Shown here piece after piece: positions 40,901-53,020 of a stretch of 64,000 nucleotides of DNA. The DNA comes from Octopus sinensis (Eukaryota): positions 28,272,001 to 28,336,000 of the forward strand of contig NC_043007.1 in NCBI RefSeq assembly GCF_006345805.1, read 5' to 3'. The position numbers were made by a program, and so were the translations under genes. Numbering within the stretch: position 1 is the stretch's first letter; each line of letters opens with the position of its first letter. Under the pieces are notes generated by a model. The model was not told where the DNA came from. It made no database searches and saw nothing but the letters and a program-made list of their open reading frames with translations.

Positions 40901-42625
40901 AACTGCAGGAGAAATACCTAGCTAAAGATAAACCCCTCTACACAGCTTTCGTGGACTTGGAGAAAGCCTTTGACAGAGTCCCCCGATCCCTTATCTGGTG
41001 GTCAATGCGGAAACTGGAGATTGACGAATGGCTAATAAGGGCTGTACAGGCCCTATACAGAGAGGCTGTCAGCAAGGTTAGGATTGGCAGTGAGTATAGT
41101 GAAGAATTCCAGGTAGAAGTAGGTGTCCACCAAGGTTCAGCCCTCAGTCCCTTTTTATTCATCATAGTCCTCCAGGCAATAACAGAGGAATTCAAAACAG
41201 GTTGCCCCTGGGAGCTTCTCTATGCTGATAACCTGGCCCTCATAGCAGAATCACTACCGGAACTAGAAAAGAAATTTCAGGTGTGGAAGCAAGGTTTAGA
41301 ATCAAAGGGCCTTAGAGTAAATGTAGCAAAGACCAAAGTTATAGTAAGCAGAAAGGCGAACTCATCACACACCCCCTCGGGCAGGTAGCCCTGCTCGATC
41401 TGTAGGAAAGGTGTAGGTAGAAACTCCATAAGATGTACCCAGTGTAAGCTATGGACGCATAAGAGGTGCAGCAACATCAAAGGGAAATTAACTGATAAGA
41501 TAGCTTTCATGTGCGGCAGATGCACAGGGACAATAGATACCACAGATACTCAGAAAACAGATTCCCTCACACTCCAGGGGGAGAAACTAGAAGTAGTTGA
41601 TAGTTTCCGCTACCTGGGTGACCAAGTTAGTAGTGGAGGTGGATGCTCAGAGAGTGTCACCACTAGAATACGAATAGCCTGGGCAAAGTTTAGAAAGCTC
41701 CTACCCCTACTGGCGACAAAGGGTCTCCACTCAGAGTGAAAGGTAGATTGTATGATGCATGTATGCAAACCGCCATGCTTCACGGTAGTGAAAACTGGGC
41801 TGTGACTGCAGAGGACATGCATAGACTTGAAAGAAATGAAGCTAACATGATCCGCTGGATGTGTAATGTCAGTGTGCACGCATGACAGAGTGTAAGCACC
41901 CTGAGAGAAATGCTGGACATAAGAAGCATCAGATGTGGTGTGCAAGAGAGATGCTTGCGATGGTATGGTCATGTACTGCAGATGGATGAGGAGAGATGTG
42001 TGAAGAAGTGTCGCTCCCAAACTGTTGAAGGTATCAGGGGGACAGGTAGACCCAGGAAGACATGGGACGAGGTAGTCAAGCATGACCTCCGAGCGTTGGG
42101 CCTCACAGAGACAATGATGAAGGACCGAGATCTCTGGAGATATGCTGTGACTGCAAAGACCAGGGCTGTTTCCTGCACCAGTTTCGCATAGCCCCAGCCC
42201 ATTCAAAGTACCTTGGATTGCAGAATGACCTGCTGTGCTTGAGGAGACCTATTGAGTCAAGTACATGAACATCGAAATATCAAATGGAAATAGTAGTTGT
42301 GATACCTGTGCTGGTGGCACGTAAAAAGCACCATCCGAACGTGGCCGATGCCAGCTCCGCCTTGACTGGCTTCCGTGCCAGTGGCACGTAAAAAGCACCA
42401 TCCGATTGTGGCCGCTGCCAGCCTCCCCTGGCACCTGTGCCGGTGGCACGTAAAAAGCACCCACTACACTCACGGAGTGGTTGGCGTTAGGAAGGGCATC
42501 CAGCTGTAGAAACACTGTCAGATTAGACTGGAGCCTGGTACAGCCTCCTGGCTTCCCAGACCCCAGTTGAACCGTCCAACCTGTGCTAGCACGGAAAACG
42601 GACACTAAACAATGATGATGATGAT
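37918..42625 (+). mobile_element. Full-length RTE-PHD LINE nested in the Gypsy integrase
   Basis: About 1.2 kb of 5' UTR; EN (VNVGTLK, CIQEVRW, GDFNGHVG); RT ORF 40336-41388; PHD insert; C-terminus at 42191; (GAT)n tail. Confidence 0.95.
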
Positions 42626-43122
42626 GTACTGGGAGAAATGCAAGACAAGTGACATGTATATGTCGCCTAGGACAGGACAGGCTGATGAGTCAGTGCCACA
42701 CAGGGCAATATTCAAGTACAAGTGGAGACATTCATGTACTGCATCATCACATCCCACAGAAGAGATAGAGCATGCCTTTGTACAGGTCAGGAAAGAAGTC
42801 TGGGTTAAACTCCCAAATGCGCAGTGCACATCACAGTAAATTCGAGGAACAATGTGTCCATAGATGGCATGCCCTGACACGTTTTGGATGTGTGCAGGAT
42901 CATCACTGCGACAGAGGATGGGGCCAACAGTAATGGACAAGAGGATGAAACCAGCAGCAACATGCCAGAAACTGAGGCCAGTCCGGAAGTTACACGGGGG
43001 TCACACAGAGAGCAGTGCCCTCCTTACTGGTTGCGAGACAAGTTAAGGTGTGTGGTCAGGGTTGAGGAGAGGGTGTGGGCAGTTTGGTTGGTTGAATGAT
43101 CTTCAGATCTGGGGGGAGGGTG

Positions 43123-43451
43123 TGTGGTGTTATGAGCCAGGCTGTGTTGTAGGGAAGGATCGAAAGTGAGGGAGTAGGCATATCCTGTCGGAAGTGGGGC
43201 CTGTGGATCCTACCAGAAGGGCCGCGGTGGGCATGCAGGGTCAGCCAGGCATGAGGAGTCAGTTGACAGTAAACAGTGCATCAGAGCAGACATGTTAGAC
43301 TGTACAGTGACAGATAGCTCACATGGACATTGAGTGAATCTTGCAGATGGAGACAGAGCACGTGGACATTGAAAGCGACCCTTTTCCAGACCGACAGGTA
43401 AGACTACCACAGTTCTCTCTTTGCATCTGTCTTTTTCCTCCTTCACATCCA
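43123..43451 (+). repeat. 3' LTR
   Basis: Direct repeat of 34363-34675, preceded by the PPT. Confidence 0.95.
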
Positions 43452-43899
43452 AGGAGTTTTGTCTTTTGTTGTCTGGGGAGAGTCATTTTTTTTAGTGCCT
43501 CACTTTTTTAGCACACTCACTGGTAAGTTTCCACTCATTTACTTATTTATTTTATCCTAAAATTTTTGGTATGTCTTGCAACCTTTGCAAATCCGAGCTG
43601 CGTTCTTTTGTTTGTTTGTGCACATGTGTGCGCATACACATGTATGTATGCATGTAAGTGCGTGTATGCATGTATATATGTGTGTACGTTTGTATGTATC
43701 TATTCTGCATATTCGTGTTTGTATGTTTTTATGTGTGTGTGTGTGTGTGTAAGGGAAGTAATGTGAACAGTGCAGAAGTAATTTGAAATCGATTTAAGAT
43801 TACAGGGAGATAATTCGAAATGGGGGTAACTTGAAGTCTTTGCACCGGGACTCTGAGGAATGTATGTAGTGTAGTGTATTAATTTGTGTAACTTTATTC

Positions 43900-44520
43900 T
43901 TAATTTTGCGGTTCGTTTCGCTTGCTCGGGACACCCGAGTGTATTTTTATAATTTCTTGGCTTGTTTTGATTTCATTATCAAACCCACAGTAACAGGAAT
44001 ATACCCGTACATTTTTATATTTCGATTAAATATTTGGTAAATTTTTAGATTAACACCCGCACGATTTTCACTAAGAAAAGAAAAAAAACTCGATTTGTTG
44101 TTTTTTTGTTTTTTTTCGTGGAATCAAGTCCCTGACCTCCTAAAATGCTGCAAATCTTTTATTTTGGTTCGGAAACCCCCTCCCTCCCATCCCGGAATCA
44201 TTGGGAATTTTTTTTTTTTTTCGTTGAATGAATTCCAGTGACCCCCTATAATATGCTACAAAACCCTTTTGGGGGGTCCGAAAAACGGGGTGGGGTGGGG
44301 TGAGGTGGAGGTCTCTGAAATTTCACCCCCACCCTCATAAAAATTTTAAATAATCGCGCCCAAACTAATTTCTGGGGTGGGGGAGAAAGATGAATGATTT
44401 AAAATAAATATATCTTAATTGTTGTGTGATAAAGTATATATATTCTGATGATAAAATATAGTATCTTTCAAAAACATCCTAAATTTATAGACTATATCTT
44501 GTGTATTTAAGAAAAAAAAA
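43900..44520 (-). mobile_element. Helitron-family relic related to 987-1892
   Basis: Shared blocks gcacgattttcactaagaaaa, atgctacaaaaccct and ggagaaagatgaa. Confidence 0.65.
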
Positions 44521-45769
44521 ACATTTTACAGAAATAAATTTTCCAGTGTGAAATACATGGTTCGTTATTAAGGCGCCGAGGGGTATACCCATCGGCGCCG
44601 ACCTTTTATTCCAAACCAAAATAAGGGATTTGCAACATATTGGGAGGTCAGGGTACTTGATTCCATGCAAGTTTTTTGTTATTTATTCCAATGTTGTAAT
44701 ATTGACACAAAACTGGAGGAAGGCCAAGTTGTTTTCTTATCGATCGTCAGTTTTCAGAATTAAACCATCTTGTACAAGATCTTACATATTTACCTTTCGG
44801 GCATGGATTTGTTTGCCTCTATTGCTTGAATTACATTTACATTGTGTGGGGCCACGGATGATATAAAAATATCGAGGAGGTCTTAACATCACCAGCACAC
44901 CAGTAACAATATCATAAAGGATTGTTCGAGAATAAAAAGTTGAAATTCGTTAGATTTATTTGGGATACAGACATTGTTTAATTGTAATTTAATTATTTAT
45001 ATAAATCTTTCAGTCAGGAACAAAAAACAAGCTGCCCATCAAGCGAGTAACACCCAGGTTGAGTAGTTTCCTGTCGTATCAGCAGGTTTAAACTTGAAAC
45101 ACGCATTTGTTTATTAATAAAACATTAATATTGTTAATTACAGCATGTAAGACGGTTTTAATGGTAATTGTTATTATCATGTCCAAGGTAAAGTGTTTCG
45201 TTAATTATAAAATTAATAATTATAAAACATAAAATCAAATTTTCAAACAGTAAGTTTGATATTTGAAAGAAATTGCTGTGATAAAAGAAAAATCCCACAA
45301 ATGGTTTCAATACAGTTTAAACAGAAAGATTTGGAAGAATTAGATGAAAGTTCTCCGATAATTTCCTTTTGTGTAAATAAATGTTTATTTTAAATTATTC
45401 GCCGTCAAAGTTCAACTGGAATCTAACCCGAATAATCGCATTATATTATTACAGTAAAAATATTATTGTGAGTTCAAATTCCGCCGAAGTCGACTATACT
45501 TTTCACCCTTTCGGGGTCAATAATTAAGTAGCAGTCAAGTACCGGAATCGATATTTGCCCATCCCCTCAAAAAATGCTGATGCCAAAATTTGAAATCGTT
45601 TATTGTCATTGTTTATTTATTTATAAAGGAAAGAAAAAAGTGGATAATGAGAGAGAAAGAAAGAAAAAGAGCAATAGAATTAATTACTGTAAATAGAATT
45701 AACAGTTTTGGCTAATTAAGGTTGTGACATAAAGTAAAAGTTAGAAAAATAAGAGAGAGAAAAACTTAC

Positions 45770-45900
45770 CAACTTCTCTGGAAAAGATTAAAATACGAGA
45801 AAATTGTAGAAAGTTCAAATAACCGGAACCAACAAAACAATATGTTTCGGCTAAAATACAATGTCCAGTAAAATGATTCGTTAATTAGGCTTAATAATGA
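45770..45900 (-). other. Putative non-coding first exon of the RhoGEF (5' end approximate)
   Basis: Strong donor TG|gtaagt at 45769 in repeat-free sequence next to a CpG-containing promoter-like region. Confidence 0.45.
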
Positions 45901-46350
45901 CTGCAAAACTGCTTTTCTACTTAATTTATTGCAGAATTTTCTTTCTCTTACGTGGAAACGAATCTAATTTTATCACAACACAACAATTTCTTTTTTTCTT
46001 TTTGCTATTACTCTTTCACTCCCTCTCCCGCTCTGTCTCTCTATCTTTCTCTTTTCCCTTCCTCTCTCTCCTTCTCTCTCTCTATCTTTCTCTTTTCCCC
46101 TCCCTCTCTCTTCCTTCGTCTCTTACACCCATCTGGCTCGTTGTTGTTATTTTCCTATATTTCGTCATTTGGTAATTTTGTATTATTTACATTCACCTTG
46201 TAGGTCAGGTCTAAACTTCGATTGGCAGGCGGTCGAAATAGCATTCGCTACCTCACGAGGGAAGTAAATTACCAGAAATTGAGTAGTTGTTCCCTTCTCT
46301 AGTGATATTTTTTATTCAAAACATTTAATTCCGCGCCCTTTTAGGGAACA
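45900..46350. promoter_or_regulatory. Putative promoter region
   Basis: Unique sequence with retained CpGs, a CT-rich tract, ATTGG (CCAAT) near 46221 and an E2F-like TTCCGCGC near 46329. Confidence 0.35.
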
Positions 46351-46936
46351 TTTTTACTATATTACAATTAGTAATGAAAAAATACCCAGCATTTTAATTA
46401 TCGAGAACGATACATTTTATCGACAGGATTTTTGACTATTGGGCATTAACTGTGAAGGTCCATATTACTCAGTTTATCGAAAGAGTACAGAGATTTCGAA
46501 AATAAACAGTTTTAAAAAAATTACTCTAAAAATAAGCTAAGGAAAAAAGAAATCATTAAATATATAAACAAAATAAAGAGCTCAAGCATTTTGCTGAGTA
46601 TATTTACTAGCTCGTTTTTCCTGTCTTGGGAAATCAACAGGATAATCCACTTGGTCCTGCACTGCATATTGATAATATAGCTAATTTCAATTTCCTATGT
46701 GCTTGCTTGTTGATACTTGCTTAGGGAAATCCCCAGACAAGCTGCATACAACAGCAAAGTTGATTGAAGAAATTAGTTTTGAAGCAAATGATTTGGATCA
46801 CCAAATTATTCTCTCCATCATGGTTCCTCCCACTCAGTATGGATTGTCTTAGAATTCCAATTTCCAAGCACACTTTTGAAGAACACATCTCTCTTTTTAA
46901 GGTATGAAAGCTCAATCAATTAGCCAGAGATGTCAT

Positions 46937-47357
46937 CAGCACTGGATTAACCATTAAGCAAAATGAGCACATGCTTAGGACTCAAGAGAAGGAGAGGGCA
47001 CCACAGAACTGGTAAATGGTTTATGGTACAAAGTAATCACTTTAAACTTGCTAAAATAATATTCGGGGTGCCTTATCTCTACTAAGTATAGAAGCAGATG
47101 TGTTACGTGAGATTAGTTTTGAGAATTTGATCAAAGACTGCAATTAAAAAAAGTGGGAAAAAACTTTTCAAATCTAAATAAAGTGGAAGTAGACAAAAAT
47201 AAACATTATTTTCCTTCTTACTGTTAGTTTTAATTCATTTTGAAAAATGAAAATTTATACTATGTTTATTATTATTTATATTTTGAATTCCATATATATG
47301 GGGGCACCAAAATCTTTTAAACACATAGGACCTCTATGGGTCTTTAATCCGGCTCTG
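46937..47357. mobile_element. hAT-type MITE
   Basis: TIR CAGcacTGGATTAA / CAGagcCGGATTAA; 8-bp TSD GATGTCAT at 46929-46936 and 47358-47365. Confidence 0.85.
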
Positions 47358-47679
47358 GATGTCATCAAGGCTTTTTGTATTCTTAGGAATTATTTACCTA
47401 TTCTTAATTTTGTTTACATTCTGAGATCATGTCCCTAGTTCAGATTCTCATTTTGCTTCCAACTCTTTAATGAAAGATCGGTTGATACTAAGCTCACTGA
47501 TTCAGATGTCTGGGTTTATGAAAATCCTCCTCTTTAATTCTCCCTTGCTTCCTTTCTTCCATTCATGTTTGCTCCTTTTTGGTGTGTAGCATTTTCTCCT
47601 TCCTACAGCAAGAAATTTAATGTTCAAAACAAGAGGAAAATTAAGCTTATGTTGCATTTGATTCAATGTATCATTATAA

Positions 47680-48710
47680 GATTCTGTGACCATTAAGATA
47701 TGCTGAAAACCCAAGCTGTCACATGTGCAAATGAATGTTGAACAGACCATTATCTCATCTCCTCCACCATGAAAATGAAGATTCCACAAAAAAGGAAACA
47801 CCAAAATCAGAACAGCAGCAAGAAATTTAATGTTCAAAAATTTCAGGATGCTAAATGATTCCAGCAAAATCCCCAAGAATATCTGCTCAAAACCAACCAA
47901 AAAATTCCATCATCACCACCTGCAAAGAAACACTTGGTTTCAAGACCAGGGGACATCAAAAATGGTTTGATGAAAATTATGAACAGCTTCAATAACTCAA
48001 CAACAAAGGAAATGCCTTCTTTGATTCTTCAATGCATGATCAGGCTCCTCTCAAAAGTGATGATATCACCACCTTTAAATCTAATGTTGCTGTCAATGCC
48101 AGATGGAAGAAACACTTTGAAGATTGGTAAGATTTTGTTTAGCTTAATAGATAAGCACTTCCCCCCATACAAAAAGGTTTAGCAAAATATTTAATAGGCA
48201 TACCCCAAAAATTTCCTTTAGCTGTGCACCCAATGTAAAAAAGATTTTAGTAGGTAGGCCCACACCTGAGATAGAGGCAGGATACTCATGTAGGAATAAG
48301 AACAACATATCCACTGAATGGCCATTGTAAAATAGAGATTGTTGTATATGAGACAGAGATAAGACCAAATGGGAAACCAAACATGTGAAAGAACATGGAA
48401 ACAACTGAAGAGCCCTTCAAAACCCACTATAACAACCATAATTCCTCCTTCAACATCCTGGAAAGATGTTACACCACAACCCTGACCAAGCACGTATGGT
48501 TATTGAAAGAAAGTACCACTGAATACAGCATAAAATGGAAGATTCTGCAGAACTGTAAAGTATACTTCAACAGCAGTAGGAAGTGCAGATTATGCTCAGC
48601 TGAGAAAAGAGCAATTATAAAGAGCACCCAACTCCCAGGCATTTACCTGAATATCAGAAGTGAAATTTTTAATCCTTGCCCAGATGAAAGGAAGTACATC
48701 CTATCATAGT
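47680..48710 (+). mobile_element. Penelope-like element relic (RT thumb plus GIY-YIG endonuclease; start approximate)
   Basis: IGK..FSLIDKHFP, KISFSC.PN, FKTHYNNH.SSF, LTKHVW.LK, IKWKIL, CRLCSAEK, LNIRSE..C. Confidence 0.75.
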
Positions 48711-51710
48711 TGCATGCCCCATCATGATTATAACCACTAGTCTCCCAACTTCAGCCCTCTACCAATACCTGGGAATTCCACAAAGAGTTTGATCAGAACA
48801 TACACTAACACACCCACAAATAAACACACATGCCCCAACAAGGCAGACACCTACCCAGACTTTTATTCATACCCCTAATATAAGCTGCCTTACATATTGT
48901 ACCCTACACACACTGCAGGCACACATAAGGCCCCACGAAAGAAAACATACTAATGAACACAGATGTGTATGCCCCACCCCCCGCCTGCAAAGGTTATACA
49001 TATAGTACCACTACACACATTCCATTTCCACAAGAACACCAACCTTAAAGACACATTTCCCTATATCTTGATTGGTTTATGTGAGGTGACTGACTACTTT
49101 TGCACAGCCATTTTTGGTGGTTGTCCCGCTTATTTCCCTGTCATTCAGAACCCTACTACAAAATATAATTGGGTATGGAAGTGATTCCAGCAGGGTCAAT
49201 GTTTCATCTGTAAAAAATGCTTATAAGTTAGCAATTAGTAGAAATTTAGAAAAATTTAATGTGGCCAGAGACTTTTGCACGGTACCGTATAGTTTAAGGA
49301 AGATGAATGCTCTCAGCTGGAGTGTTGTTACTTGCAGGACCAATGGTCCAGAAAACAACTGTATCAGAAATAGAAAATATGTAGCAGCAGAAACCCTGAA
49401 AACAAGTGTACAACATATAGTAAATCCCTTTCAATTTAAGAAACTGGTATTTCCATTCTCAGTTCACCAAATGCTTGCTACATCTCTATGACATTGACAT
49501 ATCCATATTTATATTTAATTTAATACTAAGACATTTTAATTTTATATTTTCATGTATTGAGGAACATCATTTTGGGTGTCTTCGTGTAAAAGTGCTGGGT
49601 AAGTGGTAGATTGGAAGAAAAGACAATTCTTGTATGGATTTATTCTGCCTGTAACAGAAATGTCACAAGCGGTTCACAGCCAATATTGTTGAAAATTGCA
49701 CTTGGCAGATGTATTTTTACTTTTGGTAATTTACTGAGTAGGTTTACCCAAAAAATGAATTGGTGTGATGGAAGGACTCGACAAGACCAGTTGTTTGCAG
49801 AATAAAGCATTTATTGTGAGAAGGAAGATTGAAAGCTACAGGTATGGTTGTGAAGTTAGAATAGTCTTGAAACATCGTAGAATATGTAGTAGTGGTCTTA
49901 GTTGATGATCTTGCAGATAATTAAAGATTAGAGCTGTGCAAGTTTGAAAAGATGTTTAATGTACATAATTATGAATGGCTGGAGTTTACTAGATACAAAG
50001 GACACTGACAGAAGATTGAGCTTAGGGGAAAAGATTAAGTGAATGTGATGAAGCTATGAAAACTATGAAGAAGAATGAGAACCAAAAGGAATATAATATA
50101 GAACAAAATAAAAGAACAAGACAGATGTGAGAATCTGTCATCATCATCATCATCATCATCATCATGCTGATCTTCCTTGGATTAATGTTCAGTTTGGAAA
50201 TAAATGAAGGATTAGAGATCATCATCAAACATGCATGCTCAATTTCTTTATTGGTTGGAGAAAATGCCAGGACACAATAGGTCCAAGAACTGCATCATGC
50301 TCCAATGTCTGTTTCTACAGCTGGATGCGCTTCCTAAGGCCGATGACTTTACAGCATGTGCTGGGTACTGTTTCATGCCACCAACACTATCAAGTCCACC
50401 ATTCAACATGCAAGACTACAAACCCTGAGGGTTGTAGGAGCCGATTTTATGCTATGGGATGAGAGAAGTGGGGGTACAGAGCCAGTTCTTGAAGAATGGT
50501 TGCCCACATTTAGTTGGAGAGAGAGAAAAAACAAGGAGGAACTGTGAAGGGAAGGATAGGAGATAAGATGTCTAGGTGGTCCCATGAGTCACAAGGTAAG
50601 TGAAAGTGGGTGAGGCTATTGCATGATTGAAATTAAAGAGTTACTGTATGCTCCCCACAACTCTAGAATACCCAAACTGAAACCTAAACACTGGATGCAA
50701 TTTAATATCATAGCCAGGACAGTAGTAATAGCAGTATTTGTAACAGTGGTAACAACAATAGTATGAGCAGCAGAGAATGGGATCTAGTTGAGATAATTGC
50801 TTCCATAGTATGAACGTATGTTATTGGACATACCTCATGTTAATTTCGTCAGCAATACTCCTCTATGTTGGCTTAGGGCATGATGGAAATGGGTATTAAT
50901 CTACCCTTACAAAAATCTATCTAATCCATAAGTGGGAGACTGACAGATGCTACTATTCCAGATCAGAACAGATCTGGGAATAATGGTAATTAAGGGGTGA
51001 CTATAGGTTTCCCACAACTCCAGAACTCCCGAACTGGTGCCTCAACACCGTATGTAGTTTAATGTCATACTAAGGACAGTTGTGACGACAATGATAACAG
51101 TGATAATATAACAACAGTGGTAACTTTTATGTCATCTCATTAATGGTGAAGGCAAAAGGAAACCACTCTAGGATATATCCTAAGTTTAGTCATGGTATAG
51201 AGAGTGTTGTAGAAGGTTCACATACACAGGACCTGCCCAAGGGCAGATCATTACTAGACAAACTGCAGTAATAAATTCGCCTTACTGATATTGTATTAGT
51301 TATTGACATACTTACACTTTGTTATTATCCAAAAGCCTCGCTTTTGACTTCGCTCTTGTACAGACACTACGAATCCTGCATTGAACAGAGATTTATCCTT
51401 TACCAAGTTTTCTTTGATGTGATGGAAAGTTGTAACACGGCTAATAGAAATTCACTGTGAAGAATCTTGAAAAAGCTGGAGTTCCCCCACCTAAGTTTGT
51501 TCATGTTTGTCCAACTACACATTAGTAAGAAGGCCTGCTCCAAAAATTGGCCTCACAGAAATTTGGTTTTTCAAAAAATAGCATTCCAAAAATTTTGGAT
51601 TTCATAAAATCTGGATTTCCATTTTTGTACAATTCGATTTTCGAACCTTGGATTTCGACAGTGAATTTCGAACCTTGACCTCATGAAATCTGTCTTCTAT
51701 CAATTCGGTG

Positions 51711-51745
<35 letters not shown>

Positions 51746-51749
51746 GTGT

Positions 51750-51985
51750 ACCAATCCGACCGTGGCCGTTGCCAGCCTCGCCTGGCACCTGTGCAGGTGG
51801 CACGTAAAAAGCACCCACTACACTCACGGAGTGGTTGGCGTTAGGAAGGGCATCCAGCTGTAGAAACATTGCCAGATAAGACTGGAGCCTGGTGCAGCCT
51901 TCTGGCTTCCCAGATCCCCGGTCAAACCGTCCAACCCATGCTAGCATGGAGAACGGACGTTAAACGATGATGATGATGATGATGA
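51750..51985 (+). mobile_element. RTE 3' tail within (TA)n
   Basis: Nearly identical to 54893-55132. Confidence 0.85.
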
Positions 51986-52012
51986 TATATATATATATAT
52001 ATATATATATAT

Positions 52013-52591
52013 GGTTATCAGTAATAATATAGGGTGAAATTAATTAATTTGGAATAATCATTAATTTCACCAAGTAGATTTCGGCATGTAAAAGCCTCAT
52101 TCGAGGAAAGTTTAAGTAATACTAAGTAATTAAGGGTTTAGCAACGATTTGCCTCACCACACACCGAATTTAGAAATAGCAGTCAAAGAGTTATAGCTAT
52201 TCTTTCTACTAAAAGGGAGATCTTTAATATACAATTATTCATAATTGTAGTGTCCTACGCTGATGAGAAAAAAAGTTGGGTAAGACATAATTATCTAATT
52301 CTTATGCTTTCCTAAAACTTAATTTCGAAACGTACGTCCAACCCATGCTAGCATGGAAAGCGGACGCTAAACGACGATGATGATGATGATGATGACGTCC
52401 GTAGGTGACTTAAAATTGTATGATAGATTGCCGTCATTTCTTTCTCTCTTGCCTGTCTGTGTTTGCCTTTCAAGTGCTGTGGTTTTACTGAGATCTCCCC
52501 TTTAGTAGAAAGAATAGCTATAACTCTTTGACTGCTATTTCTAAATTCGGTGTGTGGTGAGGCAAATCGTTGCTAAACCCTTAATTACTTA

Positions 52592-52595
<4 letters not shown>
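52013..52595 (+). mobile_element. Non-coding hammerhead-bearing element (Penelope pLTR/retrozyme-like) with 105-bp inverted repeat
   Basis: Inverted repeat 52119-52223 / 52491-52595 (1 mismatch); (TA)n on both sides. Confidence 0.75.
52254..52405 (+). ncRNA. Type I hammerhead ribozyme, interrupted by an RTE tail (52340-52394)
   Basis: CCTACG-CTGATGA-GAAA..TTTC-GAAA-CGTACG-TC-CGTAGG after removing the insert and one copy of ACGTCC. Confidence 0.8.
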
Positions 52596-52633
<38 letters not shown>

Positions 52634-52636
<3 letters not shown>

Positions 52637-52980
52637 ATCATTATAATCATCATCATCGTTTAACGTCCGCTTTCCATGCTAGCATGGGTTGGATGATTTG
52701 ACTGACATCTGGCGAACCAGATGACTGCACCAGGATCCAATCTGATCTGGCAGAGTTTCTACAGCTGGATGCCCTTCCTAACACCAACCACTCCAAGAGT
52801 GTAGTGGGTGCTTTTACATGCCACCGGCATGAAGGCCAGTCAGGTGGTACTGGCAATGACCACGCTCAAATGGTGCTTTTTATGTGCCACCTGCACAGGA
52901 GCCAGTCCAGCTGCACTGGCAACGACCTTGCTCGAATGTTTTTTCATGTCCCACCAGCACAAGTGCCAGTAAGGTGACAC
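52634..52980 (-). mobile_element. RTE 3' tail
   Basis: Conserved tail with (CAT)n. Confidence 0.85.
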
Positions 52981-53020
52981 AGATACATATATATATGCAT
53001 GTACATATATATGTATGTAT

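Larger units (their letters stand above)
34363..43451 (+). mobile_element. Ty3/Gypsy LTR retrotransposon, complete but decayed
   Basis: TG..CA LTRs; 5-bp TSD AGGAG (34358-34362, 43452-43456); PPT 43111-43120; order gag (CYRCRQIGHIASEC), PR (ALMDTGC), RT (YIDD), RH, IN (H-H-C-C). Confidence 0.95.

Noticed and set aside
52169-52182. TAGAAATAGC resembling the Cas9 sgRNA scaffold
   Set aside because: Only a short match inside a native repeat; the rest of the scaffold is absent.
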